A stretch of DNA of 64,000 nucleotides from NCBI GenBank assembly GCA_051294905.1, contig CM119371.1, positions 39,062,001 to 39,126,000 of the forward strand. Direction: 5' to 3'. This document shows positions 27,704 through 40,621 of the stretch, one piece after another. The DNA comes from Botryllus schlosseri (lineage: Eukaryota). A model generated the notes under the pieces. That model made no database searches, was not told the origin of the DNA, and was given only the letters and a program-made list of their open reading frames with translations. A program made the position numbers and the translations under genes. The number at the start of each line of letters is the position of its first letter. Within the stretch, counting starts at the first letter, position 1.

Positions 27704-27896
27704 CAATATTTCCCCTAATTTTTGACAAGTCAGCGCACACTCACCAACTCACTGCGCAAAATCTTGGACAGCAGTGCGTAATGACTACAAAAAGGACATC
27801 ACTTCGGATTTTTCGTGCGCAACTTGGATTTTCTGTGCGCAGAGACCGTGACAGCACTGCGCATTTGCGCACGTGCGCAGGTTAGAGGGAACATTG
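27704..27896. mobile_element. Small GCGCA-motif hAT MITE (second copy ~42150-42431)
   Basis: Perfect TSD atcacccg; GAGGGAACATTG end. Confidence 0.85.
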
Positions 27897-27964
27897 ATCA
27901 CCCGGATACACGCTTATTCGAACGATCGATGTCAATAATGCAACGTAGACCTCTATCTGTACAT

Positions 27965-28627
27965 TAGGGCTCTTCAAAAATGACTTTTTTTCTCAAATCG
28001 TACTGGCTACTTGATAAAATTCTTAGGTTACCTAATTTAAGCCTACACACAAAATTTGGTTTAATTCCAGCCAGTAACCGCTTTGCTACAGGAGAAGAAA
28101 GTTTCTATTTATTATATAAAAATAAATGATAAAAAATTTGAAAATTTTCTGTTCACCCCATCAAAGTGTTAGGCTGTCTATAGAAACGATCCTCACCAAA
28201 TTTGGTTCAATTCCAACGAGTGGAAGCGGAGTTATTGCCGTCGAAAAATTTGGATTTGAATAAAATAGTATTTACGGTGACCGATTCTTTGTTTATTTAT
28301 TATAGTTGTGCTCACCGTAAATACTATTTTATTCAAATCCAAATTTTTCGACGGCTGTAACTCCGCTTCCACTGGTTGGAATTGAACCAAATTTGGTGAG
28401 CATCGTTTCTATAGACAGCCTAACACTTTCATGGGGTGAACTGAAAATTTTCAAATTTTTTATTATTTATTTTTATATATTAAATAGAAACTTTCTTCTC
28501 CTGTAGCAAAGCGGTTACTGGCTGGAATTGAACCAAATTTTGTGTGTAGGCTTAAATTAGGTAACCTAACAATTTTATCAAGTAGCCAGTACGATTTGAG
28601 AAAAAAAGTCATTTTTGAAGAGCCCTA
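27965..28627. mobile_element. Foldback (palindromic) hAT MITE
   Basis: 316-bp inverted arms, 31-nt spacer, TAGGG...CCCTA ends, perfect TSD ctgtacat. Confidence 0.92.
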
Positions 28628-28949
28628 CTGTACATACTTGAATGTACAGTAGCCCCGATACGTCGATGTTCTTGGAAGATAATGGAGCTGGAGTGTCTCT
28701 CGTTGGACAGGCGGCAACAGGCGTAATTCTCTCGTTTTGTCGCTTGGCGAGAGCTTGTGTTCAGTGTGCACCGGACTTTCTAAAGTAAGGATACTTTACG
28801 TATACACAACCCTGCCCAGGCTTTTCTTCACGTCCTTGTGACTTGTAATCGGTACTTGGATCGGCGAAATATCCCACACACGTTTACTGGAAAACACCGC
28901 AGGTTAACTAAGCTTCCAGACTTCAATTGCCACCCCCCCCCCCTTGTGA

Positions 28950-29400
28950 AGGTCAATGCAACCCACATCTGTACAATATAATTCTACACAACCATCCTTT
29001 GGCTTAATACCCCTGAACACAGATAGGCTTCTTTGTTTTGTCTTCTACGCGAGACTGTTGCTATCAATACCGTAGACGTGCTGTACGGAAGCATAAGTCT
29101 ACCGTTGCCCAACCTGCAGGTTAAGTCACGCTATCTAACGTAAGGCACCGGTCTGGCTTTAGCAACAGTATAAACACATCCTTGTCGCTTGCAAAATGTG
29201 AAAACAATACGCCACGAAGCAACAATAATAATAATTCATTTGCCATCGAATAACGCATGACAGAATGTGTCGCGGAAATACCATATCCTACGTGTTCAGT
29301 AGCATATGTCTGTGTCATATCATTCACATTCACGTTATGCATAGGATTTCAAGAAAAGAAGCGTGTGGACGATTTCGAACTTCACGTATTTGGCTAAATT
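28950..29400 (-). pseudogene. XK-related C-terminal relic
   Basis: LLLLRGVLFSHFAS and MVV*NYIVQMW (EN motif with GAG>TAG). Confidence 0.4.
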
Positions 29401-29415
29401 AGTAGATCATATATC

Positions 29416-30332
29416 CAGGACCGTAATTGCCGCACCCAAACCCCCCAAGTGAGTGTTGGGGGCGAACTCGAAGGGGGTCCAAATTATTTCGTGAATTAAC
29501 ATAAATCATAGAGCATTTGTTTGGAAATGTATTCAACTTTTTCAAAAAAAAAATCGCGATGGGCGCGATGTTATGTTGTCGATTATAGGGTACCCTTTCT
29601 GCAACAATAAAAAAAGCATGATTTATAGAAATGGACACTTCAGCGTCGGCCATTATTACTGCGCCACGATGCACCACGACATATGGCGCTATAGGCCATG
29701 TAACATATGCGCCTCCGAGAAGTGTACCAGAACAATCAGAAACGAGAAAACCTTGGCCGAAAAGGACTGCCCTAGCTCTGACCGAAAACATCGATATATA
29801 TACAACATATATGTTTAATTCTCCACATAGGCGGCTAAATGGCTGGCGCCAAATGCTCCTGTCCTGGCGATATGAGCGCCACAAGACAAATGTCTTCTCG
29901 AGGGAACATTATTTGCCAGTAAAGAACTAGCAATTGGAAATCGTGGACATCTTTTAGTTTAGTACGTTTGGGAGATTTCAATATCTTTTGACATAGCAGG
30001 TAGGAGGTCAAGAAATAGCATCATGTAACGGAGTCATCATATCAACGGGTACGCTCAAAGATGTTTATTTATTATTTAGGGGTTTGATAGCAAATCGATA
30101 GCGATAAATATTCAATTCCCAATTATATTGACCGATTCAATAATGAATTATATGAACTTTTCACGCGTCGCGCGTTTCGGCGATACGAGCTAACTCACTA
30201 AACTGAGCCCCAATGTATAAGATTAGTATCGGCAAATAGAGTCTATAGCCTGATGGGGTCAGGGCGGCGAAGCCTCCAGAAGTTTGGCTCATCACCCTAT
30301 GGGGGCCAAGACCAACAATTTGCGGGGGGCTG
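29416..30332. mobile_element. hAT MITE (CAGGACCGTAA family)
   Basis: Perfect TSD catatatc; homologous to 4467-5373. Confidence 0.85.
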
Positions 30333-32258
30333 CATATATCGATTCTTAACTACTCTGCACTCTGTAGCTCTCCCTGTGCTCTATCTGTACTAGAGTTTGA
30401 CTGATATTTTCACAATATCGTTATGTGCATTCCTAGAGATTTTTGCGTCGGCCAACTCCGGTCGATACAGATATAGTCCTGTCCAAACACGAAATCATGC
30501 CTAAAATTTCTAGAAGTTAAATAGTCTACGTTTCAATATTGAATCATGTCATGAGGATCATAGGAAGTCGCTTCTTCTTAGAATCATGAAATAAATGGTT
30601 TCTTAAGGAACAATTACGCTAGTTTAACTGGAAGTCTCTTTATTCAGTTGGAGTATTATTGTAAATAGACGAGCGGTATATTTGTGGGAATGAATCATTC
30701 ATAAGAGTACTCTCATCAATTGCAATTGCTAGTTAATGTATCGGTTAAATATAAAAACTGTTCTACTAAACAGTTAGCCAAAACGGCCCCTTATCGAAGG
30801 CGCAACTGCCTTGATGCGCGATTTGTTTCGTTGGTCGTCATCGTTTGCGAACTAGGAATGATTGAAATGAAATAAATATGACCGAGCGTTCAACTACAAT
30901 TCCGACTTGAAGGGCAAATAGTAAAATGAAGACACAAGACGAACACAGCGTATCTGCCAATGACCTGTACCTGCAGTAGGCTACCTGTAGATACATATAT
31001 TCTTAGGCATATGAGAACATCAGAATGGACGCATGTCGGTGGTCTGGCATAGCTATTTGACAATGCAATATAAAATCAGAGGCTGTCACAAACGAAGTAG
31101 GCCTACCTCTATTTTTTTTGAGAGGGGGGGTACAGTTTGGGCAAAATTACTTGATTTTACGACTCTGGATTTTGTAATGCGGAAAGAAGTTTTGTGTTAC
31201 GTCCGCATCGCCTCTATGAGTGGAAATTTATATCAAGTCGAGGAAATAGCTGCTCTTAGAAAGTAGCTGAATATACTGCCGACAAAGGTGTCTGTTTATC
31301 GTGCCCTTAGTCATTTTGCGACAGTGGAGAGGACGCACCCTGGAATCTTCAGAGTGGCAACCAACGAATTCATGCTAAACGCTTGAGAACCCTGAATAAT
31401 TCATTTATTTTAATTACTCACTCAAGTCGTTTCAGACCCTTACTTTCTACTACAGCTCGAAGTAGTTTGGAATTGTTTCGAAAATTGCTACTTTTATTCG
31501 TAATTGGGTGGAAATGTAAGACATTACTTTTATTTGTACTGAGTACCAATGTTAACTACTTTGAGTACATTTGATTGTTACATCATAGCAACCACCTATA
31601 ATCCAATTGAATTTGCAATTTGAAACTGCGACAATCGTTTTACTACCATGCCTACGCGGAAATCACAACGTCAGCCCATGAACCGTGGGCTGATAGAGAG
31701 CGCGCTACCTAAGCTACGCATTGCGATGAGTAAGTTCACGCCCAAAGTACGCCTTACAGAGCGGTTCGAATTGCATAGTTTTCCGGCGTAGTCACATGAT
31801 TCCAATTGCATCGAATCTGATTACAGTAAAATAATCTTCTACTTACTGACGCGCCATGTGAGAGCAGTCAATGACATTTGGATGAGGAAGATGTGTGGTT
31901 GCTTGAACTTACGGACGATTATCTACTTGTCTTGTTGATATTTCCAAACCTACTGCTAGCGCTGAGCAAAATTCAGTACATGAGTGTTTCGTTTCCGACT
32001 TCCTACAGGTTCCGTGTCGAGTCGTATATTCGCGTATGAGTATGCAACTGACTCCATAAGAGTATCGATGACTTAAAAAGCTCATGTATGTGAATTTAGG
32101 CGCCAGAAATAGATTAATACAAGAGACACAATATTTAAGATGACTTGGTATTTATCTAGCATAGCTGCTTCATAGTTTCTGTATGACAATGCTGCGGGCA
32201 GGGTTGCATTTAAAACAAATGGTTGTTTGCAAAACTCGGCTTAAAGCGTGTTTTAAAC

Positions 32259-33045
32259 CAGGGGTCACCAACACGCCGCCCTCAAGGTCCTGTTGTGCAG
32301 CCCGCGACCTGATTTTGTAATTTCGGAAGAACGCTTAGTGAAGCATTTTGAATTGCTGAAATTGATTTCAGTTGAAACATATTGTGGTTGCTGTTCGAAA
32401 TAAGCTATTACCCCGATATCATTATTCCGCACTAGCTGATACGGCTTCGGCGATGGTAAAATCTGCCAATATGAATGGGCATATTCAATGAATTCGCTCA
32501 ATAATAATGTTGCTTGCATATATTGCGGGTCGCTTCTTTATATTGCCTGGCTCATTTGGCAAGGGCAGAACTATTCGGGACTTGTACAAAATAATATCCT
32601 CGACGATCTTTCTGTGAGTGCAAAAGCGAAGTTGCTTGTTGGACGACACGTTCTCTCATAATTGGGGATATAGCTCGACTCAATTCTGTAAATTGGGGGT
32701 GTTCTCAATTTTTTATTTTCTGGAGAGGCACCGATACTTAAAGCGAGAATTCGAGTGATAATAAATCGCGCGCAGTGCTAAAAAAAGTATCAAGTAAAAT
32801 AAATTTTCTACGAAATATTCTAATCCATGGTCATAGGCAAAGATCTGTGAAAAATGGCTACCCAAATGCTTCGGAACTGATATTTTGGTCCTCAACAGCC
32901 CACATATAGCCGCAAGGCTAATCAAACTTTGGCTGGCCTTGCAAGTTCACAATATATCGCCTGGGTAATTCTTTGTTGTCGATATTATAACTAACCCCGC
33001 GGACCACTCAAAACCGTCTCTCAGGCCACTGGTTGGCCGCCCCTG
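32259..33045. mobile_element. Buster/Charlie-type hAT MITE
   Basis: CAGGGGT...CCCCTG ends; TSD not matched. Confidence 0.55.
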
Positions 33046-33249
33046 GCATATATGTTTCAATTCCCCTGTCGATGTTACAAACAATTGCGTGGACTAGTGG
33101 TTACTAACCTTCACAAACCAGCGGCACACCTACGATAACCTGCTACCCCGTATTTGCAGTGAGTCATGAGAAAATATGCCACAATACACGTCTATCTAGA
33201 CATCTAATACATTACAGGTGCACCGTCTGTAATGCGCATCCGCAGCGCG

Positions 33250-33935
33250 TCAAGAGATGAATTTAACAGTGAAATCATTAAAAGTTAATCTTCCCACAAA
33301 ACGAAAGCATTTTAATGAATATTTATGGCAAAATCGTTGTTCCCATTCAAATACCAGTTCAGTAATGCGTGACATTAGCGTGGGAAGTGTCATCGTATTG
33401 TTCCGTCGAAACGAAACCATGAAACAATGGTAAAAAACCACTGGCGTAGACGTCACCTGTTTCGAATCTAGGCTATACATCGGCAAACACACCTAGACTA
33501 TAGCGTCTAAAGCTTATTCCATATTATCATTCAGCAATGCAAGATTCAGTAATTTAATATCCGCTGGCATTCCAACAAACCCTCCTGGTATGAATAACGG
33601 GTCACACTAAACCCAACACGCGAAGAACAGTGCGCTTTACCGATCCGCGCAGGACTGTTTCGCGCATTATCAAGCCGTGGGTTATATCTACGTTAGATGA
33701 GAAGGAAGCATTGTCAGACACGTGCGGCATACAATATTGATGCTTATTGTCACGGAAAGTATTCCGGACATTTCAGAATAAACACGATAATACTGGTGAA
33801 TACACAAAAGCTATGAATAACTGCAAGCGTGATTGATACGGTATTCTCTTCTTCCTGGTGAAGTGCGATTTTGCCTTCAACCGCATATGCTACGGACCTA
33901 CTCAGGAATGGAATTGTACGCATAATAATTAACAA
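33250..33935 (-). pseudogene. Decayed XK-related paralog
   Basis: DITHGLIMRE...VLRVLGLV*PVIHTRRVCWNASG vs ESIVGLKTVE...ALHVLSAGPPLHMYQRIYLYAAG; *ALDAIV*VCLPMY...VFYHCF vs KASVLFARILVFAY...VGVHWF without gaps. Confidence 0.65.
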
Positions 33936-35917
33936 GTTACCAGATTTGTGAACCCGATGTCAGGTATAATTTCAGTATAATTCTGACTCGAATATTTTCG
34001 CATTGTACATAACCAAAGTTTGTTAATACCGAAGAACGTTTATTTTGTCGGAGTACTGAAGTATGTTTTCATACTTGCACTACGCAATTGCCCAGACTTA
34101 TATTAACTACAAGATTTTAAAACTGCGTAACTAGAACTATATACTCACCCTGCAAAATTAGAAACCAGCACTAGAACTAGAACTAGAACTGTAGACCTTC
34201 AATAATCCGCAACTAAGTCACTAAAACAAAACTACCTGTATTCAAGTAGTTTTGACGTAAGTATGGATAACTTTTGTGAGTGAAATCGTCAAAAGAACCG
34301 CGTGAAATAGCCATCGCCAAAAGCCGCATAAATATTCAATGAGCCGCATGCAATGAAATCAATATACTTCACGATAGTGACATATGTCGGTAGCGCATTG
34401 CCGATTGCGATGGTAATCTCATAGTGAAAGTATATTATGATTGTATCTATAGTGGACGCAAGCTGGCCATGGCCCCTTCAAATTTCGGACTTTCCTTCTG
34501 GACCGTGTCATTGATAAACAATTCGCTCCGGCCCATATACGACCAGATTTCTGCGTACGCTTATGTGTCGATGGTATTCAGCGAATAGCATATATCTCGT
34601 CTAAGACATGATACTGATTCGTCGAGATATACATTGATGTTCTAGGCCGGAAACACGCGATACATTGCATCCTGAATATCAGATTCTACACCAAAGTTGC
34701 TATTCATTTCAGCAAAAAATATTCATTTATTATGCAGATAGTGGACATGGATACCTGATGAATGAGTGTCTAAGAAGAATTATCAATTTCCGAGAGATAT
34801 CAAAAATAACTTGATTGGGAACAGAAGATGAAAGGTCTTAAAAGTCATCAAGTAAGTACATAGTTTCAAAAACTATACATTTCGTCGAGAGGTGGCTTAC
34901 CCTTTAGTAGGTAATCGGAAGTGAATCTTCACGATTAACGCAAAATTACAAATCGCCTTACTAATAAGTCCAGTATTTAAAACTATATCGCAGTTTATCA
35001 GATCAATGCACCACAATATTGCGATGCAATGAAAACATGGAAAGGCGTCAAACGACTTGGAGTATTCTTTAAAACCAGACATCCCACCTGATCGATGTAC
35101 AGACGAGGCACGCACTTGCACACTGAATGAAAAGTAATATAAGATAGAATAAAACTAAAAGCCACAAAAATGAGGTGGCATGTGACTGAAGGCGAGATCA
35201 ATATATCAGATCGTGGTCAGGCAATTTCGAGCGCTGACCAGTATTTAGTACCGTATGTATCGCCTAAATCCCACCGCACCTTACCGTACTAGTTCTATGT
35301 TGAGTGTGAACACTGAAATGATCTTAGCGAATCTTTGCACCTACAGTACATGTAGGCTACAATTTTCAATCGCCGGACGTGTCCTGAAGGCCTACATTGT
35401 TCAACATATTACAATCCATATAATACACATCGCACGAATATAGGTAGACGTAGAAACTAGCAATAATAGTAACCAAATTTAAGTGACTGCGTATGTATAG
35501 ACTTTTATAGATCATATATTCTATTGTTAGAAGACTAAAATTAGACACCCGCACGCCCACGAAACCGGGAATAGCGAATATCACATTTGACGAGCGACGT
35601 GATTTACCGGACCGTTGTGAAAATGATATATATTCAAATAACACTTTGCACTTCCCGGTGTGAACTCACTGCAAGTAAGGAAGACGTAGTCACAAACTCG
35701 TAGTCATAAGTTATCTACAAGTATATCTGCAGATGGCATTTCGAAATATATCCTCTAGGCGGCCAGTTCTACTCTGCAATACTACACACTGCACAGTGCA
35801 CAATTAAAACATTAAATTGAGTGGAGTCACTGACAAAATGGTTCTTCACCGGGCAGAATGTTGTAAAACAATGCGCAATGTGTCAATCAAACATGCCAAA
35901 AACACATACACCTAATG

Positions 35918-37847
35918 CAGTGGTTCCCAACCTGTGGTACGCGTACCACTAGTGGTACGCGAAGGTCTTCCAGGTGGTACGCGAGTAGATTCTGTCTTTT
36001 TCCATCGAAGAGAGTTATTAGTTCAGGTGAGGTTGATTTTGAATTTTTTGAAACCGTCGCCCCACGCTATTCCCCAGCTGCTAATTATCCCTTATACGTT
36101 GGAATGCGAGCAAGGATTTTCATCCCTAGGCTAATGACTATGAAGTCGAAGAAACGAAACCGACTTGTTGCGCCCACATAGATGACTTTCGATGCGCTGT
36201 AAGCAAACGTATATATGCCACGCATCGACAAGCTAGTGGTAAATAAAACAAATGCAGCCATCGCATTAAATAAATTGACTTTTGTTGTGTGTTATTGTTA
36301 TTTCATTACGCTGTTTTTCCTGTGACTGGTGGTGATAAAATACAATTCCATACATCCCATCAACCCTGGTTGATAATGCCTAGTTCAGGGGTGTCAAACT
36401 CAAATTGCCTCGCGGGCCGGATCGAAGTCATGAAATCGCTCGCGGGCCGGACCAGTCAACGGAATCCAAAATTTTGCCTCGTGCCATTGCTTTTCGCTGT
36501 AATACTTTATTATCAAGCATTTATAGATAATACACGGATCGTAGGGGTTTCATTCTAGCGAGCCGCAACACCACTATTTGCGAGCAATGCGAAAATACGA
36601 TGTTTGTCCGGTTGAATACAGTTAAGAACCGCTAAAACAATTGCATTACCGGCGATACAAGTAGACATATTTAAGTGTTCCCTTTGTTTCAGACCAGGCG
36701 TGGCCAACCTGCGGCCGTAAGAGGGAATTTGTGTGGCCCTAGACACGCAATTCAATTAGTATGTGTTGGCGGCCGTTGACTTACAATTCGAATTTACGAA
36801 TTGACTCCCGATTTCTTGAAAGATTTTAATTAATCTTGAAATTTTCTTCGCGCTGCACGCGATTCCATGCGATTCCATTTTTCGATTTCAATATAGTAGC
36901 ACCCTTTGCAATCAGAGCCCCACAATACAGATGCGAACATCAGTGGAAAATGATGCGACTCACATGGAAATATCAGCTCGGAATCGTTTGCTCCTCACTA
37001 TACTAAAAATCCTGATGGGAGGTCAAGAAATAACAGCATGCTACAAAGTGACTAATACCAATTGGCCCACCCGAAGATGCATCATAATTTATAACTTACT
37101 TTAAATTTTCGAAAACACCCCTACATCATATCTATACCAGTGAATCTGATCACACGGGATGAGAAAGGATAAATGTTTGAGGGTAATATGTAAAACTACT
37201 AATATAAATGACGAAATTCATTGGTGGATCTGAATTTTTTTCGCGCTTCGCGCGACTATGAGCACTTCCTTCCTTAACATTACCAGTGACCACTCGCGAT
37301 TTTGGTGCGCATAGTAAGTCTATCATTAAATTCATTAGTCCGGAGTTCACCAGAAATGGGCATAGACACTTTAACCTAAGTATTTGGCGTCCAGCAGCTA
37401 GTTCATTGCGACTATGCCCTGGAATGCGGCCGTAGGCTACACGAGTAGTCGAAATGCGGCCGCGAATGGCAAAAAGGTTGGCCACCCCTGCTTTAGTCAT
37501 AATCTGCGTATGCGCTGCGATGAATATAAGATATTTAATTGTCAACGCGGACGTTGTAATTTGGTTTATTACTGTGGATGTGATGGATAATATAATATTT
37601 TTTCAATGTACTCAGAATTGCTATGCGGGCCGGATAAAATCGTCTGGCGGGCCGGATCCGGCCCACGGGCCGTATATTCGACATCCCTGGCCTAGTTCAA
37701 TAGAATTTGGTAATACACCTCGCATATGTCAAATACGTGATTATGACGTCGTAAACGGTGGAAACGCGCTTAACTTTATAGGTGGTACGCGAGCACTGCA
37801 TAAAACCTGAAAATGCTACGTGGGTGGAAAAAGGTTGGGAACCACTG
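35918..37847 (+). mobile_element. Buster/Charlie hAT with transposase C-terminal relic; hosts 36386-37689 and 36695-37490
   Basis: TIR CAGTGGTTCCCAAC, TSD acctaatg; CEQGFS..MKSKKRNRL...PRIDKLV..KQMQPSH relic at ~36050-36268. Confidence 0.9.
36386..37689. mobile_element. Nested Buster/Charlie MITE
   Basis: CAGGGGTGTC...GACATCCCTG, perfect TSD gcctagtt. Confidence 0.88.
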
Positions 37848-38299
37848 ACCTAATGGGATCACGGCCATGATTCAATGGTGCTCACATGCCCATTTTCATG
37901 ATAGGCCTACCGGGATTTACCAGTCAATCTGCACCATGTTTAGGGCTGTGTGAATTTTTAATGGGTTAGGTTAGAAATGTATGTAGCATTCATTAATCAA
38001 TATGTCACTTCTAATGTTAGGCCTGGGTCACTGCACGATTGTATGTGCGGTTTGACTCTAATCTCAAATGATTTGGACAATCGCTGAGTTTCTGCGTTGA
38101 CGACCAATACGCATTAGAATTCATTTGTAAATTCAGGACGCTTGTCTTTATATCCTACCAACACAAAGAATAACTATTTCTGTCTATCTGAAACGCTGAT
38201 ATACAAATGTTCCGGCTCAGTAGATATTCTGACCAAAATTATTTTTTGTAAAAGCGAAACTCAGAATGAACAAAATTGTCTGAATACGTTCGCTTCCTA

Positions 38300-38976
38300 G
38301 TTGTAACGTCCATATCTCGTCTCTAGTTAGGGATCTAAGAAGACTAAACAGTGAAGAGACACTAAGGCCACATATCTAGAAGGTATGCAGCTGACAATCT
38401 GCTTTACGTACGGATTAGCGGGAGCTTGCGATCCGCGACATAATTGAACCGTCTTAATTTCATCTGCACGACTAATTTAGCTCGCAGAATGTAACTAGAG
38501 TAATGAGGCATAAATAATACAGTGGGTTAAGGTAACCGAATGAATTTTACGCAGAAACCCTACAGCCATTAAGATAGACGAGCGTGTCAGAAGACCAATA
38601 AATTCGTAAACTTCACTCCTGCAGTAGAACACAATTCCTACTCCTATAGTGATGAGAATCGGTATATCATTGCTGATATATATATTAACACAAGCAAAAT
38701 AGCTTTGCTTTGATATATTAGGAACAAAGCGTGGCAAAAATAGATATAAATCGTTATCAATGAAGTTGTCATGAACAATTTCCATTAATACATACAACTA
38801 TCCTGGAGGAATGTATTCGTAGCACACGAAAACGCAGAAATAAGTTGACCGTCAATAATGTGTGTCTTGCCGTTTCGAAGGTATGAAACGCTCTGGCTTC
38901 CGTCACAATCTTGCAACGTATTTCGAGCTTCATGGCACTCAGCTAGTCGTTCTCGAATTATTCTCACATTTTTCAA
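38300..38976 (-). pseudogene. XK-related relic
   Basis: EIVHDNFIDNDLYLFLPR vs EIVVNLKILEIVTGSIPR (same spacing), then IY...VG and LLTR. Confidence 0.4.
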
Positions 38977-39134
38977 TGTGTTAAACGTAAGCTAGTTACT
39001 AGAGCTAGATAACAAGACGATTTTCAGCTTTTCCAAATTAAATTAGATTTAAGATTTTAAATCAGAGTTCATTATCATGAGCACGAGAACGGCGAATGTC
39101 GTTGTATCAAGCTTTGCTCATATCGCATTACACA

Positions 39135-39853
39135 TAGGGTTGCAGCTAAAACAAAAAACAATTTAAAACAAACATGTTTAAAACCAGGCCCTTGTTTAAA
39201 ACATGCTTTTTTAGGCCATGACGTCACGGATATTTAATTGTGACGTCATGATGGATTGGCATTGGCAATTGAAAATATAGTTTAAATATAGCTCCTTTGA
39301 TGAAATATCTACTGTAGAGCCCCGGCTCTCTCTCATATCTGTATATCACGTGATTTATGTCTTTCTTCTCGTACGATACGTAACTTACCACTTATTAGCC
39401 CGTGTATTTGAATAATACGCCACACTCATTTGCGATATCCTACAGTATATTCCATAAATATTCGACCAATATATCTGTCTGAGGCAATAGTGTCGTGGCA
39501 TTCACGTTGAAGTTGTCAGATCGAGGACTAACGCATGGAACGCGCGTCTACCACAACGAGTTGAGTATTTTCTACCTAGCCACACATCACGTGGAACTCA
39601 AGTTACAACTCTAGCAAGTTATCAGGCGACACGCGAGTCCTATACTACATATTATAGCTGTTGAACCGACTATTTTGAGGTTTCCAACCATAACACGTCG
39701 TATACATCGGCTATACGGGGTGGTAATTGTCCGTAGGATGTTTTTTTGGAAGTATTTGCACAATTATCGCATAATTTTACAACTTGAAAAAAAAACACAA
39801 TTTTGTTTTAAACAAAGTGTTTTAAACAACCTTCTGTCTTAAATGCAACCCTA
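39135..39853. mobile_element. TTTAAAAC-repeat hAT MITE
   Basis: TIR TAGGGTTGCA, TSD attacaca/actacaca. Confidence 0.85.
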
Positions 39854-40171
39854 ACTACACAGTTCTTCTGCAGCATTTTTAGGAAAACTAGAAACTAGAA
39901 ACTAGACTTCAAATAATAGCGTAGGAACACTTCACGAATTAGATTAGAATTAAATTACCGGCATGTCGCTCTAATTAGTCTGGTCAGAAAACTAGAACTA
40001 TCTAGTTGTCAGACTCGGCTAACGACGGGGCCGTAAGCAGACTTGGCATTTTTCTGCATGAGATTATATGGCCTAGACCTAACCTGACCGCGGAAATGTA
40101 TCCGACTACATTTTACTTGTTAAGCCAGATTACAGCCCGTGTAGAGCTATAGTGTTTTAATCGATGTAGAC

Positions 40172-40621
40172 CAGTGGTTACCAACGTGGGCGATATCGCC
40201 CAACAATGGGCGATTTGGCGGTCTAGGGGGGCGAAAATGACGAAGGGGGGTATAGGGGCGAAAATGGACAAAGGGAGCGATTGGGGGGCGAAAATGGCGA
40301 AGGGGGCGATAGGGGGGCGATGACGCGTCAAAACAGCTGACCTCTTTTTTTAGTCAACCCACGGAAATTTAGTTAGAGAAGTGTCAAATTAGGCTTCGAG
40401 CCGAAAAGTTGACCTTTTTTTTAGTCAACCCACGGAAATTTAGTTTCAAAAGTGTCAAAATTAGGCTTCGAGCCGAAAAGTTGACCTTTTTTTAGTCAAC
40501 CTGATGGTGATTATAGGTTGTATGCCCAATTTTCGGTACACAAAATTTGGGGGGCGATGATCGGTGTTGACTGTTGAGCTTGAAAAGGGGGCGATGGGTC
40601 GAAAAAGGTTGGGAACCACTG
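40172..40621. mobile_element. Buster/Charlie hAT MITE
   Basis: Perfect TSD atgtagac. Confidence 0.9.

Noticed and set aside
28660..28790. Plus-strand exon-like stretch MFLEDNGAG... ending in GTAAG
   Set aside because: No partner exons or recognisable motif
29399..29930. ORFs of 81-161 aa similar to ORFs at 4565-4836
   Set aside because: Similarity comes from two copies of one MITE; frames are not conserved
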